A stretch of 32,000 bases of DNA, taken from positions 120,001-152,000 of the forward strand of contig NW_008806284.1 in assembly GCF_000400465.1 (NCBI RefSeq), in the 5' to 3' direction. The notes under the pieces were generated by a model, which ran no database searches, was not told the origin of the DNA, and saw only the letters and a list, made by a program, of their open reading frames with translations. This stretch comes from Wallemia ichthyophaga EXF-994 (taxonomy: Eukaryota > Fungi > Basidiomycota). The translations under genes were made by a program, and so were the position numbers. Below, piece by piece: positions 1 through 9,600 of this stretch. How positions within the stretch are numbered: position 1 is the stretch's first letter; every line of letters begins with the position of its first letter.

Positions 1-2
1 AG

Positions 3-584
3 GAGGAGAACGACGAGGATTTTGCGCCGCCTATGCCCGCTGAGCTGGACGACTCCATCAGCGAGTTACGCCAACGTACTGTACAGAACAGGCAGGTTGC
101 GGAGGACAGAAAGGAGAGGAAAGTGGGGAAAGACATGACACAGCTATCCAAACGCCCCTCTCTCAGACTGTGGGGTCTAACACTAGGCTTCACACTCGAT
201 TTCCTCAGCCACATACCAAGCAAGGCGAGTGAAGATACTCGTGGCGCGAAAAAAACACCGCAAAACGTCGAAACTACTCGACATCTAGCCACCGCTCACG
301 TCATCAAAGCACTCTTCCCGTCGTTCAACTCACCCGATATCAACCTGTGGATGTGGGTGTGCGGGAGAAGATACCGCTCCATCCGCCGCCAGTGGGAGCA
401 GGCGGCACGAAACCCAGGCAGTGCTGATAGGAGAAAGAATTGGAGTGGCACTATACGCGCTGCTCACTTTGCGACTATAAGAAGGGCGTTGATGTTCGCC
501 GTCGTCTTTCGTATCTTGGCTGCATTCACTACTCTCTCCATCCTCGGTAGGTATTTGCAAAAGGTTGTTGCGTGGTTTGTTTGA
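3..584 (+). CDS. 3' end of an unidentified protein with a C-terminal hydrophobic (possible tail-anchor/TM) segment; gene starts left of the window
   Basis: Frame is open from base 3 (EENDEDFAPPM...) to TGA at 582-584. It ends in RRALMFAVVFRILAAFTTLSILGRYLQKVVAWFV. No family recognised. Confidence 0.5.
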   Translation, partial: EENDEDFAPPMPAELDDSISELRQRTVQNRQVAEDRKERKVGKDMTQLSKRPSLRLWGLTLGFTLDFLSHIPSKASEDTRGAKKTPQNVETTRHLATAHVIKALFPSFNSPDINLWMWVCGRRYRSIRRQWEQAARNPGSADRRKNWSGTIRAAHFATIRRALMFAVVFRILAAFTTLSILGRYLQKVVAWFV

Positions 585-769
585 GGGGGACTGAGAGGCG
601 TATCTGTTGATTTTCTTGTTTGCCCGCCCTTCTACACGCCCTTGCACACTGCCTTTGATTGGATTAATGGATTGCACTACACGACACAACACTATATCAC
701 ACCAAACCACACCACGTACGCTCGCACACCTGTGCGGTTGACACAGTAATAACGATAGATAGTAAAAGA

Positions 770-2152
770 TTATTGCATGTGCTCATGTGCGATTTGCATG
801 ATGGCCAGCTGAAGATCGAGGCCGAGGACATCGTCATCGTCGAACCCGTTGTGATACGCGATGTCATTGTAAGGATTATCCTGCTCGACTTGCGCGCCAT
901 CCTGATTCTGGAGGAGGCCATCAAATAGCTTCTGAAAGCAGTATGTGCCGGGAGTATTGAAGTGTGGGTAAGGGTTGGAAGGAACGAGGCGACCACCACA
1001 GAGGAAGCAGAAATGAGTGCCGCACCTACAACTCATGTGGTTACATCCGGAGCTCTTCTCCGTCCTGACAGCACAGTGGGGACAAGCCTGCGCGGTGTTT
1101 TCGATAGTCCTACGACTCGCCTCCGACTCGAGAAAGTCAGCGAGGAGGCGCTGAAGGTACTTTCTACCGTAGCGACTCTCCAGGGCGAGTTGATCGCGTG
1201 AGTTTGATTGTTCCAGCGCATGAGCGTAAGCGCGAACGTAATGGAGCGTCGTCGAGACGGGACAAGCTGCCACGGGCCCGTGGTATGTGCGGCGGCAGTA
1301 GCAGCAGAAAGCGAAGGAGCATTGAGGACAGACGCGCAATCGCTGTGCACCCTCATCACTCTCGCTGTCACCTACGAGTGCGTTCTCGGGTGGACGCGCA
1401 ACGGGTGTGTGGCAGAGGGGGCAGTACACGGTGCGCGGATCGTCTTCTGCAGCTTTCTTCTGACGTAGATACACCACGCGCTGGTGGACTCTCTCCCCAC
1501 TCACCTCTAGGATGGTTGCATCGGGTATGGGCAGTGTGCAGGTCGGCGAGGGACAGATGAGACTGTCTAGCGAGCCTTCGCGCACGTGCAGCTCGGTCAT
1601 GTCGCGTAGACACGCAGCGCACACCGCACACCCACACGGCATCTCTGCCCCGTGCACTCCCTTGCGCCGCCGCAAGCAGATGGGACAGTCGTAGCTGCTT
1701 TCTGCGAACACCGTGGCTGCGTGTGTCCGGTTGTACGCGCGTAGTGTGGCGGCGAGTGTCGCGAGCGCGTGTGTGTCTTGCACTTGTATTGAAGCGGGAG
1801 GGTATGCGTGCAGAACGTGCATTGTGCGTAGGAGCTCTCCTTCTCCTTCCTCGCTTTCTTCCCGTATTAGCCTCTCCAACTCCGCCTTGTTGCCAGCCGT
1901 GCCCGCCACTGCTTCGATATGGGAGAGCATCGGCGTCGGTGAGCTGCTGCCGTCCAGCGTAAATGTGACAGACGTCGGTGGCAGCTGGCCCACATTCAGC
2001 TTAACGCTCTGGTTATCAAGTCGCGTGCGCAAGGTGATTCCACTGTCTACACTGATGCTTGTGCGTAGACGAATATTCCCATTGTCCTTAGTTGCCGACC
2101 CTTCCCCGTAAATGGCATTGACAATTTCGATTTCTTCTGCAATGTCGAGCAT
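770..2152 (-). CDS. RNF14: RWD-domain RBR E3 ubiquitin ligase (RNF14/ARA54/Itt1-like), intronless
   Basis: N-terminal RWD start (EEIEIVNAIYG). RING1 CPIC...CGCAVCAAC...CPSPTC, IBR CPLC...CPQC...FCCYC...H, RING2 CPHC...EKSSGCNHMSCRCGTHFCFLC with catalytic Cys. Confidence 0.9.
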   Translation of the reverse strand: MLDIAEEIEIVNAIYGEGSATKDNGNIRLRTSISVDSGITLRTRLDNQSVKLNVGQLPPTSVTFTLDGSSSPTPMLSHIEAVAGTAGNKAELERLIREESEEGEGELLRTMHVLHAYPPASIQVQDTHALATLAATLRAYNRTHAATVFAESSYDCPICLRRRKGVHGAEMPCGCAVCAACLRDMTELHVREGSLDSLICPSPTCTLPIPDATILEVSGERVHQRVVYLRQKKAAEDDPRTVYCPLCHTPVARPPENALVGDSESDEGAQRLRVCPQCSFAFCCYCRRTYHGPVAACPVSTTLHYVRAYAHALEQSNSRDQLALESRYGRKYLQRLLADFLESEASRRTIENTAQACPHCAVRTEKSSGCNHMSCRCGTHFCFLCGGRLVPSNPYPHFNTPGTYCFQKLFDGLLQNQDGAQVEQDNPYNDIAYHNGFDDDDVLGLDLQLAIMQIAHEHMQ

Positions 2153-2247
2153 CGAGGTATCAACCCATCAAGGAATATAACGGGTACAAATCCAATAAAT
2201 ATATCAAGTCTATAAGATACAAGTTACCTCAGTCTCAGTCTCACTCC

Positions 2248-4035
2248 TCACTCCTCACTTTTTCCCCCCTCGAAATGTTTGAAAGCGTTGCGAAAGTCGT
2301 TGGCGATATCCGTCTCTTGCTCATCGGGCAGGGTGCAATTACGCCAATCAGCGCGCTGCGGGATGTCGAGGAAGGAAGCTAGAGCGAGTCTAGCGAATTG
2401 CTGATTGAAGGGTGCAGGGCGAATGAGATGAACGAATTTTCCGCCATTAGGGAGATCAACTGGGAGTTTTATTGAGTTAGCTGTCTATTGTCTAACCCCT
2501 TCCCCACTCACCTCTCAAATACGATTGTCCATCTTCCAGCTCATCGAGCGCCTTTTGGGGATCACTCTCCCATTCCACGCCCTGTGCTACGCCTTCGTTG
2601 GTGAGATGCGCGCCGAGTGCGCTTATGATCTCGTTGGGGATTGGTACAGCTTGGATGTGTGCGTGCCCACCGCGCGACCAATACCGCCCCAGCTCGTAAG
2701 AAACGAGAGAAGAGTTGTATTTAGCGTAGCAGCGCGCGAGCGCATCGCGCCAGTCAAGCAACTCCGATTGAACACGCTGCGCTATATCCGCAGGCAGCGA
2801 GAAGAGATTAGGGTAGTGGGAGATGGGTATGATCAAAACATGCCCTCCGCCCGGCACAGCCGATGTGGCGGGGTCGATTAGCTGTCCTTTGGGAAGGGTG
2901 ATGTAGCACTCTTCTCCTATTGACACGATTAGGTGTTTCGTTACGCGGGGGTTGGAAAGACAGAACCAGCACTCGTCCTGTGATATTTCACCCTGGTGCC
3001 GCTTGTTCTTTTTGCCTCGTTTACTTGCCTCATCGTAGGCTGACGCTTGCTGGGCGAATATGTAGCTATTTCCACTCTCTTTCCCCTCCTCCTCGGCACT
3101 GCGTTTCTGGACTTGGGTAAGCGCAGGCAGGGGAGAGGACGTCGAGGCAGGTGGAACATCCTCCTTGCTGTGCCCACGTGGTGTGATGGAGAAGGCGTAG
3201 AAGGAGCGTTGTTTCTGCGTATTGCCGAACTGGCCGAGGGAAATAAAGCGTGTAGATAGGCCATTAGGAGAAACGAAAGGCTCCCTCTCCCAGAACACAC
3301 GCTGACCGCCGCTAAATACGTACTTGGGGGTGGAGTAGCTGACGGCGGAAGTGACGGCGCTGCTGCCCCAGGAGTGCGCAGGTGGGTGAGCAGCAAGATT
3401 GGGGAGTGGCTTGTTGGAGAGTAGGGTGATGCTGGATGGCCAGGAGTGTGTGAGGAGGATGTCTAAGTTGGCGTTGGAGAGAGACTTGGCGTGTGCTCGG
3501 GCAGCAGCTAAAGAGGAGCTATCGGAGGTGTTTCGACGGGGATCAAAGAATTCTGTAAAGCTGTTGAGGGTGGTTTGAGTAATGGCGGGGCTGTTGTTGT
3601 CGTGTTGATCACCTTCAACCAAAGTAGATGTATCGTGCACACCACCAAAGGCACCAATACGCAGACCAGAACGGGTGGTGAGTACAGACGATTTGGCCAA
3701 CATGAAAACACGCTGAGCAATAGCACCACCACCGTTGTCGAGTTTATCGAGTAAGGAAGCATGTGGGGGTTGACGCCCGAGAGTGTAGTAAACGTCGATG
3801 GGTGGGTTGAGTGAGCCATTAATCACAGCGTCAATCTCATCATCATTGGCAGATTCGAATAAATCACCAGCCACCAAGGTTAAATTGAAATTGTGTTTGC
3901 TGGTCAGTGCAGCTATCTTATCGAATAACGCGTGGATGGAAGTAGAAGGAGGACCAATCACAAGGCTGATCGGGAGTTATAAATTATCATTTAATATTTT
4001 TAGTTTACTCACACTTTCGTTGATTCTACGCTCAT
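2248..4035 (-). CDS. CWF19L1: CWF19-like protein 1 (Drn1/CWF19L1): metallophosphoesterase-like N-domain plus CwfJ C-terminal domains; 3 exons
   Basis: Exons 4035-4013 (MSVESTKV), 3965-2512 and 2459-2248, with GTGAGT..CAG introns of 47 and 52 nt. Motifs VAGDLF, DILLTHSWP, CWFCLSNP..KHLIVSIG, GGGHVLIIPISHYP, HAHIQ. Spliced last exon gives ...QQFARLALASFLDIPQRADWRNC...FKHFEGGKSEE*. Confidence 0.9.
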
Positions 4036-4053
4036 CACCGTACACCACCAAGA

Positions 4054-4692
4054 ATGACATCGGCAATTTTATTCGGATCTACGGGGGCAGTCGGGAAGCA
4101 CCTTAAGGCGTGTTTGTTGAATAGCGCGGACATCAGCCACGTAACTGAAGCAGCTAGATCCGTGGATAACACCACCAACGGCAAACTCACCCAAATCAAA
4201 CTAGACGCAAACACCAAATTACACCCCCAATACGATCTAGTATTCATTACTCTAGGCACAACAGCTAAAAACGCTGGTAGTTCAGAGAAGTTTGAAGAAA
4301 TAGATAGGCATTTGGTCGTAAACCTAGCCAAGCAGGTTTCTAAAGATAGCGCGCACGTAATTTACTGCTCATCTGCTAATGCTAATCCAAATTCGACCTT
4401 CTTATATCCACGTTCTAAGGGATTGACAGAGATGTCGTTGAGTGAACTCGGGTATAGCTCGACAACCATTTTCAGGCCTGGGTTTTTGAAGCACGCCAAG
4501 AGATCAGATAGTAGACCTGCTGAGAGCTTCTTTGGGTATCTCACTGGTTTCCTCGGTTACTTTACATCTGCTGTAGAGATACCTGTACAGAAGCTTGGTG
4601 AAAGCATGGTGTTAGCTGGATTAAAGCAGCTTAAAGAGAAATCTAACAAGACCATATTCGTATCCAACAAAGAAGCCCTGAACCTCAATTGA
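4054..4692 (+). CDS. FMP52: Fmp52/HTATIP2(TIP30)-like NAD(P)-binding atypical SDR protein
   Basis: GSTGAVGK Rossmann loop directly after start, FITLGTT, FEEIDRHL, SSANAN...YPRSKG (YxxxK), IFRPGFL. Intronless, 212 aa. Confidence 0.85.
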   Translation: MTSAILFGSTGAVGKHLKACLLNSADISHVTEAARSVDNTTNGKLTQIKLDANTKLHPQYDLVFITLGTTAKNAGSSEKFEEIDRHLVVNLAKQVSKDSAHVIYCSSANANPNSTFLYPRSKGLTEMSLSELGYSSTTIFRPGFLKHAKRSDSRPAESFFGYLTGFLGYFTSAVEIPVQKLGESMVLAGLKQLKEKSNKTIFVSNKEALNLN

Positions 4693-4726
4693 TTGTACTC
4701 ATGTCATCATCATTTACACTTAATTC

Positions 4727-4918
4727 ATGTCCAATCCATCCATATTCAAGCCAACGTCTATCTTCTCCTTAATCCTCCGATGCTATTATAAAAACACCAC
4801 TGACCTCCCAACCACGATTCAGCCTAACTTCCAGTACGTCAAGAATGACTTAAGCAGCATACAAACTATGGATACACAAGACGAACACAGCTACAAGCAT
4901 CTCTTTTCATCTTTTTAA
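4727..4918 (+). pseudogene. Truncated copy of orphan ORF X (paralog of 5252-5671)
   Basis: MSNPSIFKPT...TDLPT.IQPN.QY.KND.SSIQTMDT is shared with the 5252 ORF. Homology stops at about 4906 and a stop follows at 4916-4918. Confidence 0.6.
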
Positions 4919-5114
4919 AGGCCTATATTCATTTCGTTTCTGGAGTTACACTACCAGGTAAAAATCCCTATCTAGTGACCAGCGGGTTAACCTCACCGGT
5001 CGGATGCTTTGATTGCAGAGCTTCCAAGACCTCTGTGGTGAGCTTGGCACACCCAAAGATCCACCAAGAACGTTTGACGCCGATCCTGGCCTTCCTTGCT
5101 CCACATATCCTTCT

Positions 5115-5199
5115 GGTGAGATTATGTTTCTGGCTTGATCAAAGCAGCTTTAAGAGAATTCAAACAAGACTACATTCATGTCCAACAAACATATCCTGA
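5115..5199 (+). pseudogene. Degenerate duplicate of the FMP52 3' end
   Basis: Reads GEIMFLA*SKQL*ENSNKTTFMSNKHILNLG(*) versus GESMVLAGLKQLKEKSNKTIFVSNKEALNLN*. Two premature stops. Collinear codons continue to the TGA at about 5208-5210. Confidence 0.8.
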
Positions 5200-5251
5200 A
5201 TCTTGGGTGATATTTATTTATACCCATACCATCACCATTTGCACTCAATTC

Positions 5252-5671
5252 ATGTCCAATCCATCCATCTTCAAGCCAACGCCTGGCTTTCTCCTAAATC
5301 CTCCATCCCTATCAAAGAACATTACTGACCTCCCAACCATGATCCAACCCAACATCCAGTACATCAAGAATGACACAAGCAGCATACAAACTATGGATAC
5401 ACGCGACGATAACGGCTACATGTACCTCTTCGACGACAAAGCTGAGCTCAACGATTACGAGCACAATGAATCACACAAACTAATTCTTCATAAAATTTTC
5501 CCAAATAAACTCAAACCAAAGAAAGTTCAGGGCTATCAAATCAAAGAGAGCAATATGAAACTCTATCACACTCTCACCTCCATATACCCAATCGTTGATG
5601 AGGATATCAACTACACTCCCGACTCTGCACTTCAAGGCTATGACCATATGGAAAAAACACTGTGTCTGTAA
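5252..5671 (+). CDS. Orphan hypothetical protein (ORF X, 139 aa from ATG 5252)
   Basis: Stop-free frame, ATG at a position equivalent to copy 1, convergent with the Sds3-like gene. No recognisable domain. Confidence 0.4.
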   Translation: MSNPSIFKPTPGFLLNPPSLSKNITDLPTMIQPNIQYIKNDTSSIQTMDTRDDNGYMYLFDDKAELNDYEHNESHKLILHKIFPNKLKPKKVQGYQIKESNMKLYHTLTSIYPIVDEDINYTPDSALQGYDHMEKTLCL

Positions 5672-5696
5672 TATTATACATGTATTCAAATCTACC

Positions 5697-6581
5697 TCAC
5701 TTCCTTCTCCTCTTCTTACGAATTTCCATCATATCAGTATCAACATCCACCTCCTTCGCTGCGGTGAGTCCTGCATTTATACTCCTCCCAAGTCCCAGAA
5801 ATGGTCCCGTCATCCCTGCTGGTCCTGCCGGCATTTTCTTCTTTTTACCGTTCAAAACGCTGCTGATGGATGACGTGCCTAGAATATCCTCAAACGGCAC
5901 ACCTAAATAGCTACTGGGGGGAGCATTCAATTCGCTCTCCATTGTATTTCCATTCCCGTTAACGTTTCCACTACCACTAGTACTTCCATCTGCTTGCGTC
6001 GGTGTGCCACCTTGACTTGTGCTTGCATGACCTGATTTTCTATTGCGACTTGTGCGCGTAGATCTCGAGAAAGTGGAAGGATCAAGGAGGGAATCAGAGC
6101 CAACATCAGCGTCCTTCTCCTCCTTAAGTTTCCTCCTCTTTTCTTCAATAGCCTCGCTCAGCCTAGTTTTGATAGAGCGCTGTACGACGTCGTATTCCTC
6201 CTGTACGCGTGCCCGCTCTATCTCATACAGGGAGCGAGCCGAGTCCATTGCGTATCCGTGAGCGTGCTTCACTGCCGAAAGCTGCGCGTCACGCTCTAGA
6301 CTGAGTTCGTACAATCGGAGTGTCTGTTCGCGGCATATCATCGGTGCTCCTGTGCTGGGTGCACGTGTTGCATCGTATGCTGTCGTCGGCGTCGTTGATA
6401 GGAGGTGGTTGTGCACGTCGAGCAATCTGTTGTGTGTTTCGAGGAATATCAGGTCACGCTTCTCGTAAGTCTCCCCCGTTTGTCGGCTTAGTTTCTCCAC
6501 TAAATCCCGCCGCTTCTTATCCCGCTTCGTCTCCGGCGCTTCACTCGTCCAGCCCAGCTCGTTTCCAACTTCAGACGACAT
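5697..6581 (-). CDS. Sds3-like family protein (Sin3/Rpd3L HDAC complex subunit; Sds3/Dep1/BRMS1 family)
   Basis: KRDKKRRDLVEKL...RDLIF N-terminal motif, coiled coil ...ERARVQEEYD...IKTRLSEAIEEKRRKLKEEKD, C-terminal EVDVDTDMMEIRKKRRRK. Intronless. Confidence 0.75.
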   Translation of the reverse strand: MSSEVGNELGWTSEAPETKRDKKRRDLVEKLSRQTGETYEKRDLIFLETHNRLLDVHNHLLSTTPTTAYDATRAPSTGAPMICREQTLRLYELSLERDAQLSAVKHAHGYAMDSARSLYEIERARVQEEYDVVQRSIKTRLSEAIEEKRRKLKEEKDADVGSDSLLDPSTFSRSTRTSRNRKSGHASTSQGGTPTQADGSTSGSGNVNGNGNTMESELNAPPSSYLGVPFEDILGTSSISSVLNGKKKKMPAGPAGMTGPFLGLGRSINAGLTAAKEVDVDTDMMEIRKKRRRK

Positions 6582-6691
6582 TGTGGTGTGTGTTGAAGGT
6601 GTGGGTGGGGAATTAAATTAATTTGATTTTCCATTTAAATTTAATCAATTATATCCATATTTACATTTCTTCTCCTTGCTTACACTCGTTC

Positions 6692-9600
6692 ATGGTCAAA
6701 CGCACTCAAATGGCAAGCATCGCATAGTTTTGGGAGATGGCTCACCTGACTCCCCCTATAGGATTCCAGCGATGGTGGCAGCGAAAGCGCCAGCGATTTC
6801 GACTATGAGGCGATGAACGCTATAGCTGAGGACAGCTATAAAGAGCCAAACGAATTCGAGGACAGCGACAGCGACAAGGATAATATGAATGTCGACAGTG
6901 AAGACGCTCAAACTCTCAAGTCAAACGGTGGTGCATTCAGAGCACCAACTAAAGACGAAGTTCAATCACTCAAAGAGACAGGAGAACTATTCAAATCAAA
7001 TCTATTCAGGCTTCAGGTGGGTCAGTGGTTTTTACGGTCGATGCGCTAAATAAGCAACCCAGATTGAATCCCTTCTCGAGGAGATACAACAGCCGTCTTC
7101 TCAGGCTGAAAGTCTGACACACGCACTACACGCTATCAGGAACCTCATAATAGATCTTAAACCCATTCCTAAATCACAGGATGGCAAATTATCAACCAAA
7201 GAAGCCAACAGCTATCTCAAAAAGCATCACCTCAGCTTGCCTCTATCCAGGGAAATCCCGCTAGACGTCAATTGGGGAGTCGGATTCGATAAACCTCACA
7301 CTGTTCAAGTTGGTGGTGCATGGCCACTTAAAACCGGCGTCAAAAGGCGGTCGAGCAAGAAGAAAGCTTGGCAAGTCACTCTCGCTGTATTCCTCCCTTC
7401 CCACCTCATCCAAGAGAAGGATCATATGAATGACAGGTGGCTCTTCAAACAAGCCTTCTACGTTACCATATTGGCTGAAGTCTTGGCAAACAGTAAGCTG
7501 GAGGTGGATGTACAAGTGACGCATGAGAATGGTTTGGAATTAGAACCGGTAATCAACATAACCGGTAAGAAGGGCAGCAAATTTATTCCCAGCAATGCAA
7601 CAATCACTATTGTCCCTGCATTAGGTCATCCTTGTCCATTCAAACCCCTCAGCAAAATATCACCTGCTAAGATTGGTTCGAAATTGAGCAATGCATTTAT
7701 CAAGCCATCATTACTAACAACTCACCTGTCGTACTTGTACAATATCGCAGAAACAGTCCCTGCTTTCAGAGACGCTGTCAAATTACTCAAAATTTGGTCA
7801 AACCAGAGAGCCCTTGAGTGGTTCTTGGAGGGTTTTAATGCTGAGTTTTTGGTTGCGCTGCTTGTTGAAGGTGATCAACATGGCAGCAAACGTGTTGGAA
7901 AAGGACTCAGCTCGTATCAGCTTTTCAAAGCAGTGATGGATCTTATAGCCCAGACTGATTTTAGTAATGTCTTCATCAAGAGTACTTCTGCCAGTGGGTT
8001 TTCACAGGAGGATTTTGTGGGTAGCTCTACTTTACTTTTCGTCGATCCTACACGCACATTTAATTTCATGGACGGTCTCTTGCCTGAGGATGTCCAAGTG
8101 ATGGCCTTCGAAGCTAAGATGACACTTGACGCACTCAGCGACGAAAGTGATAGATTTGAAGAGACATTTATGCGTGACTTGCGCAACCCCATGCCCAGAT
8201 TCGATCTGTTAGGCAAGACGACATTGCCATTGAAACTGATGAAGAAGATGAAGAAGGGTGTGAATGTAAGACAGTCCATCGCATCAATTCTCACACAGGC
8301 ACTTGGTAATCGGGTAAAAGTGATCAATTTACAAATCCACAATGACAACATAGTCATAGGGTTGATACTTGAATCTGAAATGGCTGGTAGGATGGTCGAC
8401 CATGGGCCGCCCGCCGAAGATAAAGAGGGATGTGAGCAATTCAGAGCATTCTGGGGGGAGGTGTCAGACATGAGGCGATTCAAGGATGGAAAGATAAACG
8501 AGAGTGTAGTATGGACGCAGGGAGGATCGAAAGAACACATTCCAATCCAAATTGTGAAATGGATTCTCGGACGTCATTTCCACATGGAAGGATTCACATT
8601 CATAGCTGAAGAATTCGACGGATTGCTAGACGCCGGTGCGGTAGATGGAGTTACGACATTCAACGATTTTGACACACCCCTGCAATCCTACGATGACTTC
8701 CAGAGGATGTTGCGCGACATGACCAGTCTGCCACTGGAAGTAATGAACGTTTCCCCATCTACACCCCTCCTACGCCACACATCACCATATCCACAACCCA
8801 CGCGCGATATGAACAGATTCGGTCTCACGCCTACTTCTGCGCGATACATTCCGGCAGCCGAGATGAATGTGCAGTTCGAAAGCAGTGGTAAGTGGCCAGA
8901 CGACTTGGGGGCAATCCAAGTGACGAAAGCCGCGTTCCTCGAAGCATTAGGTGAAGAGCTACAAAAAGGGGGTGAGTACACAGCGCAAGTAGTCATCGAT
9001 CACCCCCTTCCTTGCGACATAGAAGATGCGGTTTCACTAGAAGTCGTCAACGACCGAGGCTATGCATGGAAGCTACGCATCCAGCACGACAGAGAGCTGA
9101 CGCTGCTCGAGAGGAAGCTCAACGACAAGAGCGGTACGACAGACACTCAAAGACAGCATTTGAAGGGTGTGCGCGAGAGGTACATGCAGAAATTTTCCCA
9201 TAAACCCCGCCACCACCAGGCCGTGATGGCTCTCACGCACAGGTTTAAAGCCTACGCTAAGACGGTGAGGCTCGTGTCACGCTGGGTGGATGCCCATCTC
9301 CTTTCCCCTCACGTGACCCACGAGTTCGTCGAGCTAGTTGTGGCTAGTGTGTTCCTCAACAGTGGCACATACGCACCACCAGCGACAGCAGCACTCGGTT
9401 TCCTCCGCTCTGTTATGCTACTTGCAGAGTGGCAATTCAAACAAGAGCCCTTGCTCGTGCCTCTTTACACAGCGTCGCAGATGCAAGAGGAGCACGTAGA
9501 CAAGAAAGTAGTTTTCCCTGCTCGAGAACGAAGTGGAGCGGAGAAGGCGTTTGAAATACTGCGCAGAACGGATCCAGACGTCACTACGACTGCCATGTTC

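Larger units (their letters stand above)
4597..5431 (+). repeat. Degenerate tandem duplication: copy 1 about 4597-4906, copy 2 about 5115-5431, separated by about 208 bp of unrelated spacer
   Basis: Manual alignment gives 25 mismatches in 96 nt over the FMP52 3' end and 20 in 117 nt over the distal part of ORF X. Confidence 0.9.

Noticed and set aside
660-735. CA-rich tract between the convergent genes
   Set aside because: Imperfect low-complexity 3' UTR sequence; not a telomeric or regular satellite repeat.
330-999. Minus-strand ORFs 330-710 and 697-999
   Set aside because: No motifs. They overlap better-supported CDSs as antisense or off-frame shadows.
4597-5431. RIP-like mutation of the duplicated segment
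   Set aside because: Differences include many transversions and show no evident directional C-to-T bias.
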